From the NCBI GenBank assembly GCA_049519355.1, contig JBEKQV010000002.1, positions 131,479 to 195,478 of the forward strand: 64,000 bases of DNA. Reading direction: 5' to 3'. The translations under genes and the position numbers were made by a program. The notes under the pieces were generated by a model. The model searched no databases and was not told the DNA's origin. It was given only the letters and a program-made list of their open reading frames with translations. Positions 57,929 to 64,000 of this stretch are shown here, one piece after another. This stretch comes from Candidatus Microgenomates bacterium (GTDB lineage: Bacteria > Patescibacteriota > Microgenomatia > UBA8517). The stretch's first letter is position 1. Each line of letters starts with the position of its first letter.

Positions 57929-59791
57929 ATGTGCGGAATTGCCGGAATTGCTTACTTCAAAAAAGACAAGGAGGTTCATCGTGAAGAGCTAAAATTGATG
58001 GCATCAAAAATCGTTCACCGTGGTCCGGACGATGAAGGAATTTTTATTTCAAAAAATAAAAGCGTCGGGTTCGCTTCAAAACGTTTAGCAATAATCGATC
58101 TTTCTCAAAAAGGTCACCAGCCGATGACTTATTTAAACCGCTATACAATTACCTTCAACGGCGAAATATATAACTTTCAGGAAGAAAGGCAAAAACTAAT
58201 CGGTCTCGGTTATAAATTTAATTCAGAAAGTGATACGGAAGTGGTTCTGGCTCTATATTCGAAATACCATAAAAAATGTCTGGACCATCTTAGAGGAATG
58301 TTTGCATTTGCAATTTATGACGAAGTTGAAAATACGATTTTTTTGGCCAGGGACCGGATCGGAAAAAAACCTCTTAAATACTTGCTTGACGATACAAAAA
58401 TAATTTTTGCATCGGAGCTGAAAGCAATTTTGACCCAAGTCGGGGTAAAAAAGAAAGTGGATTATGAAGCAATTAACCTCTACTTAAATTATGGATATAC
58501 CCCAGCCCCAATGACTGGATTTGAGGGAATAAAAAAACTCGAACCCGCTAACTATATCTTCATCAATCTTAGAAACAAAAGTGTTGAAAAGAAAAGGTAT
58601 TGGGAACCTGTTTTTAAAAATAAACTTCACTTATCAGAAAAGGAATGGTGCACAAGAATACTGGACACACTCGAAGAAGCTACGAGAATCAGAATGATTT
58701 CGGACGTTCCGGTAGGCGCGTTCCTTTCGGGTGGCGTTGATAGTAGCGGCGTTGTAGCAGCTATGGCTAGGCTCTCGGATAAACCCGTAAAAACATTTAC
58801 AATCGGCTTTAGTGATAAAGATTTCGATGAATCACAATATGCCGCAAACATCGCGAAAAAATATAAAACTGACCATCACGTTTTAATTGCCAAACCCCAA
58901 TCCACAGAAATTCTTCCTTTCTTGGCAAAACAGTATGAAGAACCCTTTGCAGATGCCAGTAACGTTGTAACCTATATGGTCTCCAAAATGACTAGAAAAT
59001 ATGTAACAGTAGCCCTAAACGGCGACGGAGGGGACGAAAATTTTGCAGGGTACCCAAACAGATACATGAGGTTAAGACGCGATGTAGATTATGATTTCTG
59101 GATACAAAGTATCAGACCTGTTGCCGCAGAACTCCTTAAATCGTTCCCCAAAGCCAAAAACTTTTTCGAAAAGGCAAAGCTTCCTTTATATAGCAGGTTC
59201 GCCTCATACAACAAAATATTTAGTCCCGAAGAGCTAATGAACCATACTAAGGGAAAGGTTTTGGAGTTCGCCAATACAGTAGATGCTTATGAAATTGTTG
59301 ATAGGTGTTTCAGAATGTTTAACGGGAAAGATTTGAAAGATGCAGGGTTAAAATTTGATCTTCTTTACTTCCTTCCGGATCAACTGTTAACAAAAGTGGA
59401 TATTGCTTCGATGGCGGTTTCTTTGGAAGCACGTTCTCCACTTCTGGATCAAAATATGATCGAGCTGGCATGTAAGATACCCTTCAACCTTAAGGTTAAA
59501 AACGGAGAATCTAAATATATTTTGAAAAAGGCGTTCGAGAAAATCGTTCCGAAAGAAAATTTATATAGACCCAAAATGGGTTTTACAATTCCTCTTAGTG
59601 AATGGTTTTCGGTAAAACTTAACTCCTATGCAAAAAACCTACTTATCAATAAAAATTCACAAATAAAAGAAATGTTCGATATGGAATATGTCAAAGGGAT
59701 AATTGAAGATAATAACCGAAGAGAAGATTTTGGTCCGCGCCTCTGGGCTTTAATGTGTCTTGAACTTTGGCTTCAAAGTTATTTCACCTAA
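57929..59791 (+). CDS. asnB: Asparagine synthase (glutamine-hydrolysing) family amidotransferase
   Basis: N-terminal nucleophile MCGIAGIAYF (Ntn class-II GATase) plus PP-loop ATP pyrophosphatase SGGVDSS; 620 aa. Confidence 0.85.
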   Translation: MCGIAGIAYFKKDKEVHREELKLMASKIVHRGPDDEGIFISKNKSVGFASKRLAIIDLSQKGHQPMTYLNRYTITFNGEIYNFQEERQKLIGLGYKFNSESDTEVVLALYSKYHKKCLDHLRGMFAFAIYDEVENTIFLARDRIGKKPLKYLLDDTKIIFASELKAILTQVGVKKKVDYEAINLYLNYGYTPAPMTGFEGIKKLEPANYIFINLRNKSVEKKRYWEPVFKNKLHLSEKEWCTRILDTLEEATRIRMISDVPVGAFLSGGVDSSGVVAAMARLSDKPVKTFTIGFSDKDFDESQYAANIAKKYKTDHHVLIAKPQSTEILPFLAKQYEEPFADASNVVTYMVSKMTRKYVTVALNGDGGDENFAGYPNRYMRLRRDVDYDFWIQSIRPVAAELLKSFPKAKNFFEKAKLPLYSRFASYNKIFSPEELMNHTKGKVLEFANTVDAYEIVDRCFRMFNGKDLKDAGLKFDLLYFLPDQLLTKVDIASMAVSLEARSPLLDQNMIELACKIPFNLKVKNGESKYILKKAFEKIVPKENLYRPKMGFTIPLSEWFSVKLNSYAKNLLINKNSQIKEMFDMEYVKGIIEDNNRREDFGPRLWALMCLELWLQSYFT

Positions 59792-61349
59792 CTCCGTTAA
59801 CACAACCATTTACAACTCCTGGTTTGGCATACACGTAAGCCAGATCAACACCACTCGGACTAAAGGTATAAGTCGGCAAATTTTTGGTAACGAAATTATC
59901 AAGTTCAGGGTCTTTTTTCAACTGAATATAGTAAGACTCGACAATAAACAATTTCTGGTTTTTCCAATCTTCATTAAAGGCATAAGGATAATAGTAAGGG
60001 ATTGTAGACGACCCACAACCGAGGGCAGCAATTAAATGAATTTCAGGAAAACACCTTAACACATAGTCAACCCCTCCTTTCGAACCTTCACAAAGCCCTA
60101 CTAAATCATAATTTCTCGCGTTCGCAGAACCTCCAATGGAAAAATTGTAGTAAAGATCATGATAAGGGAAAAGAGAGATAAATATAAAAACAAACCATGC
60201 AAATATTCCCATTACAACTACTGTTCTTAACCAAAAAGTTTTTATCTTTCCGATAATCCAAATAATTGCATAGGAAGAAAGTGCGTAAATCCATGGCCAA
60301 ATCGGTAATTCGTAACGTACTCCGAGCTTCTTTGCGGAAAAAGATATTGAAGCAAGAAAAAGCAGTATAAAAACAAATATGCTTATCCTATCTTTAAAAC
60401 CATTAGTTTCCTTCTTTGTAAAACAAAGATAAATAAAAATGCTTAAACCAAAAATTACGATCGGTGGAGTTCTGACTAAGAGTTCAAACAGATAGTAGTA
60501 AGCGGGTGGATTATTCGTAAGCTGGCCGAAGAAATAGTTATTTATTCCGTTGCCGACAAGGGTTGTTTCTCTAAAAATATACTCGGGAATCGCGAGCAAA
60601 AAATTATGCCATGAGGCGGGCCAAAATATTGAAATAAAAATGAAGGATAGAAATCCTGTCCACAAAAATTTTGTCAGTTCCCCACCCCACTTCTTGTAAT
60701 TTAAAAATATCTGCAGAAAAAATACCGGGAAAACTATCAATCCGTCAGGTTTTGTCAAAAAAGCCGCTGCAGCAGTGAGAGATGAAATAACAATTGAAAG
60801 TTTCCTGTCCTTAACAAGGAGATATGAAGATAGTGAAACAAAAGTAAAAGCCGTAATAAAAATATCATTCATCACAATCTTAGTATTGGCGGTGAAGACA
60901 GGATCAAACAGCAGTAAAAGAGATGAAAATGATGCAACTTTCCGGTCGGAAATTTTCTTAATAAAAAGGTAATAGGCAACAATAAAAAAGGCTGAAAAAA
61001 TTATTACCGCTCCACGCGCTACAATATAATCCTGAAAAACGTTCCGCGTAACTACACTTTGACCTTTACCCAAATAAATTAAAGGAAATCCGGAGATTAC
61101 GGACAGAGGGATCGCTATTGCTTCGGTATCTGCCCCACTTGTCCACCATGCGGTGTCAAAATACTTGAAGTTTCTGGTCTTGATGGCCAAAGCAGTTTCT
61201 TTTCCGCGGACCATCCATGTAATTTCGTCAGGATAAATAGCTGTTTGACTCAGGTGATATAGCCTTGTTACCAAAAACAGAGTAAAGAGAACAACGATAA
61301 ACAGAATTTCCTTCTTGTGTCTAATAAAATTTTTAATCGACTTTTTCAA
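59784..61349 (-). CDS. GT-C fold membrane glycosyltransferase, PMT/ArnT-like
   Basis: About 12 TM; loop-1 motif AIYPDEITWMVRGKE; 8-nt convergent overlap with asnB. Confidence 0.6.
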   Translation of the reverse strand: MKKSIKNFIRHKKEILFIVVLFTLFLVTRLYHLSQTAIYPDEITWMVRGKETALAIKTRNFKYFDTAWWTSGADTEAIAIPLSVISGFPLIYLGKGQSVVTRNVFQDYIVARGAVIIFSAFFIVAYYLFIKKISDRKVASFSSLLLLFDPVFTANTKIVMNDIFITAFTFVSLSSYLLVKDRKLSIVISSLTAAAAFLTKPDGLIVFPVFFLQIFLNYKKWGGELTKFLWTGFLSFIFISIFWPASWHNFLLAIPEYIFRETTLVGNGINNYFFGQLTNNPPAYYYLFELLVRTPPIVIFGLSIFIYLCFTKKETNGFKDRISIFVFILLFLASISFSAKKLGVRYELPIWPWIYALSSYAIIWIIGKIKTFWLRTVVVMGIFAWFVFIFISLFPYHDLYYNFSIGGSANARNYDLVGLCEGSKGGVDYVLRCFPEIHLIAALGCGSSTIPYYYPYAFNEDWKNQKLFIVESYYIQLKKDPELDNFVTKNLPTYTFSPSGVDLAYVYAKPGVVNGCVNGVR

Positions 61350-62619
61350 ACCAATAATGCTTAATTACAATGTACCATGTATAAATTGCCAGAATTATAT
61401 TTGTAACTGCATAAGTAATTGTTGGTCCATATGGCCCGTACTTCGGGATTAGCACAAAGTTAAGAAAGAATATTGCCGCGATTTGGAAAAATGAATAAAC
61501 CCCGATAAACACTGTCTTTTTCATTGAATAAATAATTGCCGAAACGGGAGGAACGGTAAAAAGAAAAGGAATCTGAGCAGCAGCTAATGCCTGGAAAATA
61601 GGAACTGATGTCCAGTATCTCATCGGGAAAAGAAAATGTATAAAAGGCCCGGCTAGAATAATCCAAAGTACCACCCCTAAAGCAAAAGGAATTGTTGCCA
61701 GGGTAGATTTGATAATGTAGACCTTTTCCTTAGCCCTATCCCCAAACCCGGCAAGGCGCGTTGCCAAAACGGATGAGTAACTACCTCCAAGTACCAATAT
61801 AAAGGTTGCCAACCGTGACGGAATCGAATAAAGCCCCGTCGCAACCGCTCCAACCATCGCAGCAAGCATCGTGATATCTAGTCTTCCCGAAATTGAAGAA
61901 ATGATTCTGTTTACTCCAATCCAACCAGAAAATTTCAAGAGGTTTCTGTATTCGTCCTTGCTGGGCGCAGAACGGATAAAGTCTATCCGCACATAAATAA
62001 AGGTAAAGATTACGTTAACCGCAAATCCAGTCGCAAAAGCCCAGAAAGCGTAAGACATTGTTAACATTCCAGCCAAGTAAAATATAAACACAAAAAGAAG
62101 TCTTGCTATATAAAAGGAGTTGTCATAAATAGTTGAATGCAAAAACTTTCGTTTGGCTTGTAAGATATTCGGGAAAAACATATCGGGAAACCAAAAAATA
62201 GGTAACACCGCAACCCAAATGGCGATAACCGGATTTCTAGTTGCCAAAAGTCTTGAGGCAACAAACGGCGCAAATAGTATTACCAAAACCGAAAGAGCAA
62301 AAACAACCAGGAGACGAATCAAAAATGACGCTTTTATATATTCATCCGCTTTCTGTTTATCCCCTTTGGCTAAGTGTTCTGCAACAAAGTTAACGGAACC
62401 GGATGAAATACCAATATCGGAAAGCGAAGTAAAAATATTAACTAAATTTAAAGCAGCGGAAAAAACACCAAAATCGGCCAAGGAAAAAGACCTTGCAACA
62501 ATCAGAGTAAATAAGAATCCCCAAAAGGCGGATAATGAATTACCTATGAAAAGGATGGTCGTATCCTTAACCGTACCTGAATAAACCCAGGACCTGAACT
62601 TATCGTAATAACTTCCCAC
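61333..62619 (-). CDS. MOP-superfamily flippase (Wzx-type polysaccharide biosynthesis protein; MurJ-like alternative not excluded)
   Basis: 428 aa, about 12-14 TM, polysacc_synt-like topology. Confidence 0.65.
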   Translation of the reverse strand: MGSYYDKFRSWVYSGTVKDTTILFIGNSLSAFWGFLFTLIVARSFSLADFGVFSAALNLVNIFTSLSDIGISSGSVNFVAEHLAKGDKQKADEYIKASFLIRLLVVFALSVLVILFAPFVASRLLATRNPVIAIWVAVLPIFWFPDMFFPNILQAKRKFLHSTIYDNSFYIARLLFVFIFYLAGMLTMSYAFWAFATGFAVNVIFTFIYVRIDFIRSAPSKDEYRNLLKFSGWIGVNRIISSISGRLDITMLAAMVGAVATGLYSIPSRLATFILVLGGSYSSVLATRLAGFGDRAKEKVYIIKSTLATIPFALGVVLWIILAGPFIHFLFPMRYWTSVPIFQALAAAQIPFLFTVPPVSAIIYSMKKTVFIGVYSFFQIAAIFFLNFVLIPKYGPYGPTITYAVTNIILAIYTWYIVIKHYWFEKVD

Positions 62620-62728
62620 TATAGATAGATTCTAGCTTCAAATTGATTTCTTCACAAGGAGAACGCCTGAAATTTTGCAAGATCCTTTGACTTGATTATG
62701 AAATGATTTTGGGTATCATACATATAGA

Positions 62729-63430
62729 ATGGAAATCGGAAAGCTAACCATAATCATCCCTGCATATAATGAAGAAGAGACCGTAGGAAAAGCAATCAAA
62801 TCTGTTTTGGGTGCCAAAATATCCGGGGTAAGAAAAGAAATTATTGTTATCAACGACGGCTCCACGGATAGAACTTCTTTCGAAATAACATCAAAAAAAT
62901 TCAAAAAAATCCGAGTAATAAACAAAAGAAAAAATGAGGGAAAGGGCGCTGCTATAAGAGATGCTTTAAGAATATCTTCGGGTAATGTAATCATCATTCA
63001 AGATGCGGATTTGGAATATAATCCCCACGAAATTTCCGAATTACTAGAACCTATAAGGAATGACCGTGCCGACGTGGTGTACGGCTCACGGTTTACAGGA
63101 CAAGGCCCTCACAGAGTTTTATTCTTTTGGCACATGGTCGGTAACAAGTTTTTGACTCTTCTTTCAAATGCACTCACCAATCTAAACTTAACCGATATGG
63201 AAACCTGTTACAAAATGTTCACAAAAGACGTGGCGGAAAGACTAAAAATCAAAGAGGATCGATTCGGCTTTGAACCAGAATTTACAATCAAAGTCGCCAA
63301 ACTGAAAGCCAGAGTTTATGAGATGGGGATCAGTTATTCGGGCAGAAACTACGCGGAGGGCAAAAAGATACATTGGCATGATGGAGTAAGGGCTATATAC
63401 TGCTTATTTAAATATTCACTAGAAAGATGA
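62729..63430 (+). CDS. GT2 polyprenyl-phosphate glycosyltransferase (Dpm1/Ppm1/GtrB-like)
   Basis: LTIIIPAYNEEETV...IIVINDGSTDRT...IIQDADLEY (DxD); soluble, 233 aa, DPM1-like size. Confidence 0.75.
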   Translation: MEIGKLTIIIPAYNEEETVGKAIKSVLGAKISGVRKEIIVINDGSTDRTSFEITSKKFKKIRVINKRKNEGKGAAIRDALRISSGNVIIIQDADLEYNPHEISELLEPIRNDRADVVYGSRFTGQGPHRVLFFWHMVGNKFLTLLSNALTNLNLTDMETCYKMFTKDVAERLKIKEDRFGFEPEFTIKVAKLKARVYEMGISYSGRNYAEGKKIHWHDGVRAIYCLFKYSLER

Positions 63431-64000
63431 AAAGAAGTAAATCACTTTTCGAATCTAAAGAACCGCTTCTGGAAAAACTACTTCAAACAATAAGATTTAA
63501 AAAAGTAGAACCTTTTATTAAAAATGGGTCAAAACTTCTTGATTTGGGTTGTGGGTATAAAGGTGCCTTTTTGAAAAAAGAATATTCCAAAATATCCGAG
63601 GGCAGAGGTTGTGACATTAGCGTGACAAAAAAAAGATTGCCAGGTAATATAAAATTAATCCCCAAAGATTTGGATGGAAATCTAAGGCTCCCACAAAATC
63701 ATTTTGATGTAGTTATCTCCCTAGCTGTAATTGAACATTTGATTAATCCCGGAGCTTTGATTAATCAAGCCTACAAAACATTGAAAAAGGGTGGCCTCTT
63801 AATCTTGGAAACTCCAACACCAAAAGCGCAGACACTACTCGAATTATTAGCATATAAAATACATGTTGTAAGCGAACAGGAAATTAGAGATCATAAAAAT
63901 TATTATTCCGGCAACGATTTACTAAAAATGTTAGAACGGTCAGGTTTTAAAAAGGGCGGTATTAAAATTAAACCATTCGAACTGGGTTTCAATTTATTTG
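63427..64000 (+). CDS. Class I SAM-dependent methyltransferase (partial, continues beyond window end)
   Basis: Manual translation from ATG at 63427 (ATGA overlap with the previous stop): ...LLDLGCGYKGAFL (motif I)...DVVISLAVIEHL...LKKGGLLILETP. No stop within the window. Confidence 0.6.
   Translation, partial: MKRSKSLFESKEPLLEKLLQTIRFKKVEPFIKNGSKLLDLGCGYKGAFLKKEYSKISEGRGCDISVTKKRLPGNIKLIPKDLDGNLRLPQNHFDVVISLAVIEHLINPGALINQAYKTLKKGGLLILETPTPKAQTLLELLAYKIHVVSEQEIRDHKNYYSGNDLLKMLERSGFKKGGIKIKPFELGFNLF

Noticed and set aside
1-64000. tRNA, rRNA or other structured RNA genes
   Set aside because: Only three intergenic gaps exceed 75 nt (mraZ upstream 24017-24141, zur upstream 32215-32305, and 62620-62728). 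None shows a cloverleaf-compatible sequence (no GTTC/TPsiC-like arm with a matching acceptor stem); they read as promoter regions. No T-box leader fits upstream of ileS (48-nt gap) or glyQS (19-nt gap).
1-64000. Prophage, integron or IS element
   Set aside because: No integrase, transposase, terminase or capsid-like ORFs, no flanking inverted or direct repeats, and no compositional break were detected by eye. The accessory-looking glycan island is flanked by housekeeping recO and contains no mobility genes.

Overview
This 64 kb window comes from a low-GC (about 40%), tightly packed bacterial genome with many short proteins. The gene set suggests a Patescibacteria/CPR-like lineage: archaeal/eukaryal-type glycyl-tRNA synthetase (GlyRS), type-2 isoleucyl-tRNA synthetase (IleRS), archaeal-type GlmU, and truncated MurF and RecO. 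Three blocks make up the window.

(1) Positions 1-24.1 kb hold a complete division/cell-wall (dcw) cluster on the minus strand, followed by the N-terminal half of ileS. Reading in transcription order it runs mraZ-rsmH-ftsL-ftsI-murA-yvcK ... murE-glmU(archaeal type)-glmU(N-domain)/HAD fusion-murC-murB-murD-alr-murF-mraY-ftsW-murG-ftsQ-ftsA-ftsZ-ileS'. An antisense HTH gene sits inside it and it contains no ddl.

(2) Positions 24.1-35.7 kb are housekeeping and accessory genes: glyQS, TspO, an LCP ligase, msrA, a three-gene operon ending in a Cas4-like Fe-S PD-(D/E)XK nuclease, a cupin, msrB, a DEDD exonuclease, an SRPBCC protein, zur-znuACB with a palindrome-containing promoter, and recO.

(3) Positions 35.7-64 kb are a cell-envelope glycan assembly island about 28 kb long. 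It encodes a DUF4012-like exported protein, an initiating phosphoglycosyl transferase, a GDP-mannose pyrophosphorylase, six GT4 and three GT2 enzymes (one Dpm1/Ppm1-like), six GT-C (PMT/ArnT-like) polytopic membrane glycosyltransferases plus a Wzy/O-antigen-ligase-like protein, a Wzx flippase, an LbH O-acetyltransferase, two SAM methyltransferases and an AsnB-type amidotransferase.

I found no rRNA or tRNA genes, no CRISPR array and no obvious mobile element. The two points that most deserve follow-up are the GT-C paralog expansion coupled to a lipid-linked mannose pathway, and the domain-shuffled GlmU pair (a uridylyltransferase domain fused to a HAD hydrolase) inside the dcw cluster.
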